Assembly: GCA_018053845.1 (NCBI GenBank)
Contig: JAGPKU010000005.1
Span: 1 to 62,472 of the forward strand
DNA length: 62,472 nt
Reading direction: 5' to 3'
Source of the DNA: Syntrophobacterales bacterium
GTDB taxonomy: Bacteria; Desulfobacterota; Syntrophia; Syntrophales; UBA2192
Below are positions 44,623 to 52,673 of the stretch, one piece after another. Position numbers and translations under genes: made by a program. Each line of letters begins with the position of its first letter. Positions within the stretch are counted from its first letter, which is position 1. Under the pieces are notes generated by a model. It made no database searches. It was not told where the DNA came from and saw only the letters and a list, made by a program, of their open reading frames with translations.

Positions 44623-45381
44623 ATGCTTCTCATCGATGACCTCCAGGTGAAGCTGGGCGATCGGGAGGTGCTGCGGCACATCGACCTCCAGATCAACCCC
44701 GGCGAGACGCACATCCTCTTCGGGCCCAACGGCTCCGGCAAGACGTCTCTCCTGATGACCATCATGGGCTACCCCCAGTACCGGGTGACGGCGGGGAAGA
44801 TCATCTTCAAGGGCGTCGACATCACGAACCTGCCGATCAACGAGCGGGCCAGGCTCGGTATCGGGATGTCCTACCAGCGCCCCCCCACGGTCAACGGGCT
44901 CAAGACGAGGCAGATGGTCCAGATCTGCGCCGGCGGGCGCGACATCGACGTGGAGGGCATGGCGGCAGCCATGAATTTCCGGGACTTTCTCGAGAGGGAC
45001 ATCAACGCCGGGTTCTCCGGGGGCGAGATCAAGCGGTCGGAACTGGTGCAGCTCATGGCGCAGCAGCCCGACCTGCTGCTGTTCGACGAGCCCGAGTCCG
45101 GCGTGGACCTCGAGAACATCGCCCTGATCGGGAACACCATCAGCAGGATGCTGCAGAGGGATATCCACACGGAGCCCGGCAAGTCGCAGCTTCAGAGGAA
45201 AAAGGAACGCACGAGGATGGGCCTCATCATCACCCACACGGGCTTCATCCTGGATTACGTCACCGCGGACAAGGGGCAGGTTCTGTTCAACGGCGTGCTG
45301 TCCTGTTCCAACAACCCGACGGACATCTTCCTGTGCATCAAGGAAATGGGCTACGAGGAGTGTGTGAAATGCCAGATTTGA
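44623..45381 (+). CDS. sufC: Fe-S cluster assembly ATPase SufC
   Basis: The 252-aa product has Walker A GPNGSGKTS, the signature FSGGEIKR and Walker B LLLFDEPESGVD. Confidence 0.85.
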   Translation: MLLIDDLQVKLGDREVLRHIDLQINPGETHILFGPNGSGKTSLLMTIMGYPQYRVTAGKIIFKGVDITNLPINERARLGIGMSYQRPPTVNGLKTRQMVQICAGGRDIDVEGMAAAMNFRDFLERDINAGFSGGEIKRSELVQLMAQQPDLLLFDEPESGVDLENIALIGNTISRMLQRDIHTEPGKSQLQRKKERTRMGLIITHTGFILDYVTADKGQVLFNGVLSCSNNPTDIFLCIKEMGYEECVKCQI

Positions 45382-46580
45382 AGGAAAAGGCCCGGGAGGC
45401 GAAGGACAGGAAAGCCGCCATCGGTCCTGACGTGGACCTGGCGTCGTTCACGGCGGAGCCCGTTGCCCATCCCTACGTCCAGGACCTCAAGACGCTTCCG
45501 GTCATCGACCAGAGCCGCCTGATCCAGGCCGGGATCGACACGAGCGAGGGCGGCCGCTCGGGCACCTACATCCAGATGGACACGGCCGTCGTGCATGCCC
45601 ACGCCAAGCAGGAGGGCCTGGAGGTGATCCCCATCAAGGAGGCCCTGAAAAAGCACGCGTGGGCCCGGGAACACTACTGGAAGCTCGTCGCCGTCGATGC
45701 CGACAAGTACACCGCCGCGGCGGAGCTCAACCTCCACGACGGCTACGTCATCCGGGCCCTGCCGGGCGCGAAGGCCGTCTGGCCCGTGCAGGCCTGCCTG
45801 TACCTGGACAAGGACAACATCAGCCAGTACGTGCACAACCTCATCATCGCCGAGGAGGGCTCGGAGCTGCACGTCATCACGGGCTGCGCCACGTCGCCGC
45901 GGCTCAAGAGGGGCCTGCACGTGGGGATCTCGGAGTTCTTCGTCAAGAAGAACGCGAAGCTCAGCTTCACCATGATCCATCACTGGGCCGAGGAGGTCAT
46001 GGTGCGGCCCCGTTCCGTGGGCATCGTCGAGGAGGGCGGGCTCTTCCTGAACAACTACGTCTGCATGAAGCCCGTCAGGAGCCTGCAGATGTACCCCACG
46101 ACCCACCTCGTGGGCAAGGGCGCCGTGGCCCGCTTCTACAGCATCCTCGTGGGGACGCCCGGCTCCGAGATGGACGTGGGCGGACGGATCCTGCTGAAGG
46201 CCGAGGATACGCGGGCCGAGATCATCGCCCGGGCCATCACCAACGGCGGGAAGATCATCAACCGCGGCGATTTGATCGGGGAGGTGCCCGGCATCAAGGC
46301 CCACCTGGAGTGCAAGGGCCTGATCCTCCACGGCGGGGTCATCCACGCCATCCCCGAACTGCAGGGCCGGGCGGACGGCGTGGAGATGTCCCACGAGGCG
46401 GCGGTCGGCAAGATCGCCCAGGATGAGATTTTGTACCTCATGTCCCGCGGGCTCTCGGAGGAAGAGGCGACCTCCACGATCGTGCGGGGCTTCCTCAGCG
46501 TGGACATTCCGGGTCTGCCGCCCCAGCTCAAGGCGGAGATCGACCGGGCCGTCGACCTGAGCTCGAAGGACGTGATGTGA
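45369..46580 (+). CDS. SufB/SufD-family Fe-S cluster assembly scaffold protein
   Basis: The track ORF is trimmed to ATG 45369, which overlaps sufC by 13 nt. The beta-helix core includes SELHVITGCATSP, ARFYSILVG, AHLECKGLIL, EMSHEAAVGKIAQDEILYLMSRGLSEEEA and RGFL. Confidence 0.8.
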   Translation: MPDLKEKAREAKDRKAAIGPDVDLASFTAEPVAHPYVQDLKTLPVIDQSRLIQAGIDTSEGGRSGTYIQMDTAVVHAHAKQEGLEVIPIKEALKKHAWAREHYWKLVAVDADKYTAAAELNLHDGYVIRALPGAKAVWPVQACLYLDKDNISQYVHNLIIAEEGSELHVITGCATSPRLKRGLHVGISEFFVKKNAKLSFTMIHHWAEEVMVRPRSVGIVEEGGLFLNNYVCMKPVRSLQMYPTTHLVGKGAVARFYSILVGTPGSEMDVGGRILLKAEDTRAEIIARAITNGGKIINRGDLIGEVPGIKAHLECKGLILHGGVIHAIPELQGRADGVEMSHEAAVGKIAQDEILYLMSRGLSEEEATSTIVRGFLSVDIPGLPPQLKAEIDRAVDLSSKDVM

Positions 46581-46624
46581 CGCGGCCGCCCTGCGGGGGC
46601 CGCCGGAAAGCAAGCATCCGGACG

Positions 46625-46662
46625 AAAGCGGATCGGGGAGGCGCGCCCCGATCCGCTTTTTT
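46625..46662 (+). terminator. rho-independent terminator after the suf genes
   Basis: AAAGCGGATCGGGG-aggcgcg-CCCCGATCCGCTTT is followed by TTT. Confidence 0.85.
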
Positions 46663-46719
46663 ACGCCGGGGCGGCGGCCGGCGGTTGATTCCCGGCGGAC
46701 TCTGGGATATGAACGAAGC

Positions 46720-47520
46720 ATGATCCAGGGGCTTCTCGATCCGGTCCGCGACATGCTCGACGTCCTGCGCGAGGTCTCCGGCCGGGATGTGCACGCGGTC
46801 CGCAAGCCCGACCTGCGCTCCCCGGCCCGCATCCGGATGGCCGGGGCCGGCTCGGCCGCCCACGTGCTGTTCTGGCGCGGCGATGACGACCCCCTCGTCA
46901 ATCACGTGATCGCCAACGAGTGCGGACACCTGATCCGCCTTTTCAGCGCTCCCCCCGAGAGACGGCTTGTCGCCGTGGCCAACGAGCGCACCGAGTCGCG
47001 CTACCGGGAGGAGATCCGCGGGGACATCCAGCGGCTTTCCCTCGTCCACGGGATCGGGGCGCTCGGCGGGTTCCTGCCCCTGTGGTACGAGAGTGTCGTC
47101 TTCCAGCTCACGAGGATGCCCCCCGACATCGCCATCGAGCGCTGGATCCATCGCGAGCACCCGTGCCTCCGGGACATCCAGCGCAGAGCCCTCATGGAGC
47201 AGCAGGCCAAGGCCGCGGCCGTGCTCTCCCGGGGCATCCGGCGGATGACGCCCCGGAAGGTCTACGACGTCTCGCAGGCCATGAACTATGCCTTCTTCAG
47301 GCTCATGGAGCCCCTGACGGGTGTCAGCCTGACGGCCCCCTACGAGCGGAGCCTCTATGCCCTGCAGGGCGAAGAGCTGCTGAGCCGGGCGGATCGGGGC
47401 CTGCGGGACGACCACGAGGGGGATGTGGAGCTGACCCGCCGATGGGCCGAGGCCCTGGGGCTTTCCGGGTGGATCGAGTGGCGGCGCCTCGACGAGGTCG
47501 AGGCGGGCACGCTGCATTGA
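46720..47520 (+). CDS. hypothetical protein, 266 aa, with no domain I can name
   Basis: The long ORF has normal amino-acid composition, unlike the R/G/P-rich artefact ORFs. It sits between a terminator and a convergent gene. It contains HVIANECGHLIRL, a zincin-like motif that lacks the first His. Confidence 0.55.
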   Translation: MIQGLLDPVRDMLDVLREVSGRDVHAVRKPDLRSPARIRMAGAGSAAHVLFWRGDDDPLVNHVIANECGHLIRLFSAPPERRLVAVANERTESRYREEIRGDIQRLSLVHGIGALGGFLPLWYESVVFQLTRMPPDIAIERWIHREHPCLRDIQRRALMEQQAKAAAVLSRGIRRMTPRKVYDVSQAMNYAFFRLMEPLTGVSLTAPYERSLYALQGEELLSRADRGLRDDHEGDVELTRRWAEALGLSGWIEWRRLDEVEAGTLH

Positions 47521-47573
47521 CGCGCCTCGACGGGGCATAGATCCGCCTTGCGGCTCGGCAGGCGAAGGGGGCC

Positions 47574-48683
47574 TCAGCGCAGCGGGTCCCCCGGCGGAAG
47601 CTCGAGGCCGAAAGCCTCGGCCACGGCGGGGTAGGTGACGGCGCCGCGCCAGGTGTTGAGTCCCTTTCTGAGCTCGGGGCTCGTCCGGAAGGCGCCGGGC
47701 ACGCCCTCGGCGGCCAGCCGGACGACGTAGGGCAGAGTCGCGTTCGACAGGGCGATGGTGCTCGTCCGGGGAACGGCGCCCGGCATGTTCGTGACGCCGT
47801 AATGCAGGACACCCTCGACGAAGTAGACCGGGTCGGAGTGTTTCGTCGGCCGGATCGTCTCGACACAACCCCCCTGGTCGACGGAGACGTCGATCACGAC
47901 GCTCCCCGGGGCCATGCGGCCCACCATGTCGCGCGTGACGACGCGCGGCGTCCGGGCCCCCTTCACGAGCACGGCCCCGATCAGCACATCCGCCCGGGCC
48001 ACGGACTCCTCGACGGACAGGGGGTCGGCGCTCCGGGTGATGAGCCGCCTGTGGAGGACCTCCTCTAGGTGGCGCAGGCGGTCGATGTCCCGGTCCAGCA
48101 CGGTCACCGCGGCGCACATCCCCAGGGCGATGCGGGCGGCGCTCGCCCCGACGATGCCTCCCCCGACGATCGTCACCCGGGCGGGCTCGACCCCGGCGAC
48201 CCCGCCGATCAGCTTTCCCGACCCGCCGTTGACCTTCTCCAGGTAGAAGGCCCCCTTCTGGACGGCGAGGCGCCCTGCCACCTCGCTCATGGGTTTGAGC
48301 AGGGGAAGCGCGCCGTCGGCAAGCTCGACCGTCTCGTAGGCGATCCCCGTGACGCCCCTGCGCATCATCTCGAGGGTCAGTTCCCGATCCGCGGCCAGGT
48401 GCAGGTAGGTGAAGAGGGTGAGGTCGGGGCGAAGAAAGTCGTATTCCGGCGGCAGCGGCTCCTTGACCTTCACGACGAGCCCCGCGGCCCACGCCGCGGC
48501 CGCGTCGGGCACGATCTCGGCCCCGGCGGCGCGGTACTCGGCGTCGCTGAAGCCGCTCGCGGCGCCGGCCCGGGTCTCCACGAAGACCCGATGCCCCGCC
48601 TCGACGAGCTGTCGAACCCCCCCGGGGGTCATGGACACCCGGGATTCCTGATCCTTGATTTCCCTGGGTATGCCGATGGTCAT
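47574..48683 (-). CDS. ald: alanine dehydrogenase
   Basis: Track ORF 47574..51401 is trimmed to ATG 48681-48683, which has GGGAGG 5 nt upstream. The product begins MTIGIPREIKDQESRVSMTPGGVRQLVEAGHRVFVE and has the NAD fold VTIVGGGIVG. Confidence 0.92.
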   Translation of the reverse strand: MTIGIPREIKDQESRVSMTPGGVRQLVEAGHRVFVETRAGAASGFSDAEYRAAGAEIVPDAAAAWAAGLVVKVKEPLPPEYDFLRPDLTLFTYLHLAADRELTLEMMRRGVTGIAYETVELADGALPLLKPMSEVAGRLAVQKGAFYLEKVNGGSGKLIGGVAGVEPARVTIVGGGIVGASAARIALGMCAAVTVLDRDIDRLRHLEEVLHRRLITRSADPLSVEESVARADVLIGAVLVKGARTPRVVTRDMVGRMAPGSVVIDVSVDQGGCVETIRPTKHSDPVYFVEGVLHYGVTNMPGAVPRTSTIALSNATLPYVVRLAAEGVPGAFRTSPELRKGLNTWRGAVTYPAVAEAFGLELPPGDPLR

Positions 48684-48765
48684 GGCTGCCTCCCGTCTCG
48701 ATGATCTTCCTGCCCTGCCGGGCAAACCGACGGGTCCACTATAAAGAAGCACGGCGGAAAAAGCA

Positions 48766-48785
48766 AAGGAAGGAAGGAAGGAAGG
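48766..48785. repeat. (AAGG)x5 tetranucleotide microsatellite in the divergent ald / P-type ATPase intergenic region
   Basis: I read this directly from the sequence: aagg aagg aagg aagg aagg. Confidence 0.9.
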
Positions 48786-48881
48786 CACGCCCCGGCTGGC
48801 CGACGGGGCCGGAATTGTGCTACACTGCCCCCGTCGCGGGCGCAACGGGCCCGCCTGAGCGTTCAAGCGAAGGAGGAAGGC

Positions 48882-51560
48882 ATGGCCGACACGCCCTGGT
48901 ATCGAAAGACCGCGGATGCGGTGTTTCAGGAACTCGGCACGGGACCGGCGGGGCTTCACGAAAAGACGGCGGCCGACAGGCTCGAGACGTACGGGCCCAA
49001 CCGGCTGCCCGAGGCGAAGCGGGTCAGCCGCTTCGTGATCCTCCTGCGCCAGTTTGCGAGCCCCCTGATCTACATCCTCCTCCTCGCCGCGGTCGTGACC
49101 TTCGCCCTGGCCGAGTACAAGGACACGATCGTCATCGCGGCCGTGCTGCTGTTCAACGCCGTCATCGGGTTCGTCCAGGAGAGCCGGGCCGAGGAGAGCG
49201 TCCGGGCACTCCAGAAGATGATCGTCCCGCAGGCACGCGTCGTGCGGGAGGGCCGGGAGCGGGAGATCTCGAGCGACAGGCTCGTGCCCGGCGACATCGT
49301 CCTGCTGGCCTCCGGGGCGAAGGTGCCCGCCGACATCCGGCTCGCGACCGCCCTCGAGATGCGCGTCGACGAGTCGCTGCTCACGGGGGAATCGGTCCCC
49401 GCGGAGAAATGCGCCGACGCGATCCCCGAGGCCGACCTCACGCCGGGCGACCAGCGCAACATCGCCTTCATGGGCACCGTCGTCGTGAACGGCCGGGGCA
49501 TGGGCGTCGTCGTCGCGACGGGGGCCGGGACGGTGCTGGGCGGCATCGCCCACGAGATCCGGGAGACGAAGGCCGCCCGAGCGCCGCTGCAGGAGAAATT
49601 CGCCCGCTTCTCCAATCGGATCGGCCTGTACGTGCTGGCGGCCTCCGCGGCCCTCTTCGCGGCCGGCATTGCGGTCGGGGAGCCTATCCGGGAGATGTTC
49701 ATGACCGTCGTGGCGGCTGCCGTGGCGACGATCCCCGAGGGCCTGCCCGTAGTGCTGACCATCGCGCTGGCCGTCGGGGTGCAGCGCATGGCGGCGCGCA
49801 ACGCGATTTTGCGGAAACTTCCGGCCGTCGAGACCCTGGGGAGCACGACGGTCATCTGCACGGACAAGACGGGGACCCTCACGAAGAACGAGATGACCGT
49901 GAAGGTCGTCTTCGACGGGACGCGCCACTTCGAGCTGACGGGAACCGGCTACGACCCGAAGGGGGAGATCCTCCACGACTGGATCCCGAAGCCCGAGAGC
50001 GAGCGGGAGCACCTGGCCATGTGCTTCCGCGTGGGGCTGCTGTGCAACGAGTCGAGCCTCTACGAGGACGAGGGGGGCTGGCGGGTCAACGGCGACCCGA
50101 CGGAGGGGGCGCTGATCGTGTCGGCCATGAAGGCGGGACTGAAGCCCGAGCAGGAACGGCAGAGCTACCCGCAGATCGGGATCGTCCCCTTCGAGTCGGA
50201 TCGGGGCTACATGGCGACCCTGCACCGGCACGGCGACGAGAAGTACATCTTCGTCAAGGGCGCCGTCGAGAAGGTCCTCGAGCTCTGCGTCACCTGCATG
50301 GAGCGCGACGGCCTGCGCACGGAGGAGATCCTCAAGATTTCGGACCGCTTCGCCTCCGAGGGCATGCGCGTGCTGGCGATGGCCTACAAGCAGGCCCCCG
50401 ACGACCTGGCCGTGCTGCGGCACGAGGACGTGGAGCACGACCTGACGCTGGCCGGCATCCAGGCCATGATCGACCCGCCGCGCGAGGAGGCCGTGCAGGC
50501 CGTGCGCGACTGCCGCCGGGCCGGCATCCGGGTCGTCATGATCACGGGGGACCACCCGACGACGGCCCTGGCCATCGCGGGGATGGTCGGGATCGACACG
50601 GCGGGCCAACGGGTCGTCACGGGCCGCGAGATCGAGCAGATGACCGACGAGGACCTCTTCTACCGGGTGAAAACGGTTTCCGTCTATGCGCGGGTCGCCC
50701 CCCACCACAAGCTGCGGATCGTCCGGCAGCTGATGGATCACGGGGAAATCGTGGCCGTCACGGGCGACGGCGTCAACGACGCGCCGGCCCTGCGCGCCGC
50801 CCATCTCGGGGTTGCCATGGGCCGCAAGGGGACGGACGTGGCGAAGGAGGCCTCGGACATGGTCGTCACCGACGACAACTTCGCGGCCATCTTCCATGCC
50901 GTGCGGGAGGGCCGCGTCGTCTTCGACAACATCCGCAAGGTCGTTTTTTTCCTCATCCCCACCGGCGTGGCCGCCATCGGCTCGATCCTCGGGTGCGTTC
51001 TGCTGGGCATCCCCATTCCCTACACGGCGTCGCAACTGCTCTGGATCAATCTCGTGACCAACGGGTTCCAGGTCATCGCGCTGACCTTCGAGCCGGGCGA
51101 CCGGGATGTGGTCCGGCGGCCCCCCCTGGACCCTTCCGAGGGCGTCATGTCGAAGATGCTCATCCAGCGCACCGTCATCGTGGGCCTGCTCATCTCGCTC
51201 GGCGTCGTCATCGAGTTCTCCCGGGCGCTCCAGGCCGGGATGCCGCTCGAGAAGGCGCGGACCATCGCCATGACCACCATGGTCTTCTTCCAGTTCTTCC
51301 AGGCCTGGAACAGCCGGTCGGAGACGAGGTCCATCTTTCAGATCGGGTTTTTCACCAACCCCTACCTGGCCTACGGGCTTGCGGCCTCCCTGATGGCGCA
51401 CGTCGCGGCGATCTACGCGCCGCCCTTCCGGTGGCTGCTGTCGACGGAGCCCATCGCGGGAGCCGAGTGGCTGCCGATCGTGGCGATTTCCCTGTCGGTC
51501 ATCGCCGTCGTGGAGCTCGACAAGCGGCTCCGGCGGACGAAAGGGGGCGACGCCGCATGA
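48882..51560 (+). CDS. cation-transporting P-type ATPase (P2-type, Ca2+/Mg2+-like)
   Basis: The 892-aa product has the phosphorylation motif ICTDKTGTLT, MITGDHPTTA and VTGDGVNDAPAL, with N- and C-terminal TM bundles. Confidence 0.9.
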   Translation: MADTPWYRKTADAVFQELGTGPAGLHEKTAADRLETYGPNRLPEAKRVSRFVILLRQFASPLIYILLLAAVVTFALAEYKDTIVIAAVLLFNAVIGFVQESRAEESVRALQKMIVPQARVVREGREREISSDRLVPGDIVLLASGAKVPADIRLATALEMRVDESLLTGESVPAEKCADAIPEADLTPGDQRNIAFMGTVVVNGRGMGVVVATGAGTVLGGIAHEIRETKAARAPLQEKFARFSNRIGLYVLAASAALFAAGIAVGEPIREMFMTVVAAAVATIPEGLPVVLTIALAVGVQRMAARNAILRKLPAVETLGSTTVICTDKTGTLTKNEMTVKVVFDGTRHFELTGTGYDPKGEILHDWIPKPESEREHLAMCFRVGLLCNESSLYEDEGGWRVNGDPTEGALIVSAMKAGLKPEQERQSYPQIGIVPFESDRGYMATLHRHGDEKYIFVKGAVEKVLELCVTCMERDGLRTEEILKISDRFASEGMRVLAMAYKQAPDDLAVLRHEDVEHDLTLAGIQAMIDPPREEAVQAVRDCRRAGIRVVMITGDHPTTALAIAGMVGIDTAGQRVVTGREIEQMTDEDLFYRVKTVSVYARVAPHHKLRIVRQLMDHGEIVAVTGDGVNDAPALRAAHLGVAMGRKGTDVAKEASDMVVTDDNFAAIFHAVREGRVVFDNIRKVVFFLIPTGVAAIGSILGCVLLGIPIPYTASQLLWINLVTNGFQVIALTFEPGDRDVVRRPPLDPSEGVMSKMLIQRTVIVGLLISLGVVIEFSRALQAGMPLEKARTIAMTTMVFFQFFQAWNSRSETRSIFQIGFFTNPYLAYGLAASLMAHVAAIYAPPFRWLLSTEPIAGAEWLPIVAISLSVIAVVELDKRLRRTKGGDAA

Positions 51561-51853
51561 AACGATGTCACGCCTGCGGGGGGGAGATCCGGATCGACCG
51601 GACCGTTGGACGGCAGGAGACGTGCCCGCGCTGCGGGGCGGATCTGCACGCGTGTCTCAACTGCAGCTTTTACAGCCCCGGGGCCTACAACGACTGCCGC
51701 GAGCCGCAGGCCGAGCGCGTCGTGGAAAAGGGCCGGGCCAATTTCTGCGATTTCTTCGCGTTCCTCGACGACGGGACCCGGGACGCACGGGCCGCGAAGA
51801 AGGAAGACGCCCGCAGCCGCCTCGAGGAGCTGTTCAGGAAGAAGACGTCGTGA
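51557..51853 (+). CDS. small Cys-rich zinc-ribbon protein, 98 aa
   Basis: This is the tail of track ORF 48701..51853, read from ATG 51557, which forms an ATGA overlap with the ATPase stop. The product is MKRCHACGGEIRIDRTVGRQETCPRCGADLHACLNCSFYSPGAYNDCREPQAERVVEKGRANFCDFF. Confidence 0.65.
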   Translation: MKRCHACGGEIRIDRTVGRQETCPRCGADLHACLNCSFYSPGAYNDCREPQAERVVEKGRANFCDFFAFLDDGTRDARAAKKEDARSRLEELFRKKTS

Positions 51854-51878
51854 CGGACCGGACGGCCCCGCGGCGGCC

Positions 51879-52412
51879 TCAGCGCAGCTTCCCGAGCTCC
51901 TCGGCGAAGACGTCGTAGGTGGGCTTTCCGAAGAGCACGAAGCGCACGAGTTCGATCTCCGGGTGCTCCTTCAGGTAGTCGGCGGCGGTCTCGAGGGCGA
52001 TCCGGGCGGCCTCGTGGAGCGGGTAGCCGTAGGCACCCGCGCTGACGGCCGGGAAGGACACGCTCTTCAGTCCCTTTTCCGAGGCGAGCTTGAGGCTCTC
52101 GAGGTAGGCGCTCTTCAGGAGCCCCGCCTCGTTGCGGGTCCCCCCGCTCCACACGGGCCCCACGGTGTGGATGACGTACCGGGCCTTGAGGTTGCCCCCC
52201 GTCGTGATCACCGCCCGGCCCGTGGGGCAGTGCCCGATGGCCCGGCACTGCTGCAGGATGGCGGGCCCCCCGGCACGGTGGATCGCCCCGTCCACGCCGC
52301 CGCCGCCGCGAAGGCCCGAGTTGGCCGCGTTGACGATGGCGTCGGTTGCTTCCTTCGTGATGTCCCCCTCGGCGATGGCCAGCGTCGATTTGCCGATCTT
52401 GACTTCCATCAT
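51879..52412 (-). CDS. macro-domain protein (O-acetyl-ADP-ribose deacetylase / YmdB-like)
   Basis: The track ORF is trimmed to ATG ATG 52407-52412, which has GGGGGGAG upstream. Supporting motifs are DAIVNAANSGLRGGGGVDGAIH and VSFPAVSAGAYGYP. Confidence 0.88.
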   Translation of the reverse strand: MMEVKIGKSTLAIAEGDITKEATDAIVNAANSGLRGGGGVDGAIHRAGGPAILQQCRAIGHCPTGRAVITTGGNLKARYVIHTVGPVWSGGTRNEAGLLKSAYLESLKLASEKGLKSVSFPAVSAGAYGYPLHEAARIALETAADYLKEHPEIELVRFVLFGKPTYDVFAEELGKLR

Positions 52413-52470
52413 GCTCCCCCCTGCATCCAACACATGGTAACGGGTCAAATACCCCTGTCACCCCCCTTTA

Positions 52471-52611
52471 GAGGCTGTGTCGCAAGCTTGAAAAACGCCG
52501 AAATCATGACATTCCCGCGGAAGCGGGAATCCCGAACTCATCGAAAAGACCGGATTCCGCATCGCGCTGCGCTTGTGCGGAATGACCACATCGGAATTGC
52601 GACACCGTCTC
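52471..52611. repeat. REP-like cluster of nested palindromic hairpins
   Basis: Hairpin 1 is ATTCCCGC-ggaa-GCGGGAAT (52511-52530). Hairpin 2 is ATTCCGCA-14 nt-TGCGGAAT (52554-52583). The outer inverted repeat is GTGTCGCAA (52477-52485) with TTGCGACAC (52597-52605). Confidence 0.65.
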
Positions 52612-52673
52612 TTACGAAAGGCGCAAAGAGGGGGATTTCCTTCCCTTGCGGCTTGAGGCGTTCGGCCCGCCGC

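Noticed and set aside
48684-51401. The upstream ~900 codons of the 1275-aa minus-strand ORF 47574..51401.
   Set aside because: This part is antisense to the well-supported P-type ATPase gene. It is dominated by R/G/P/D/H-rich low-complexity sequence typical of off-frame GC-rich DNA. Only the last 369 codons (alanine dehydrogenase, with its own RBS) are credible.
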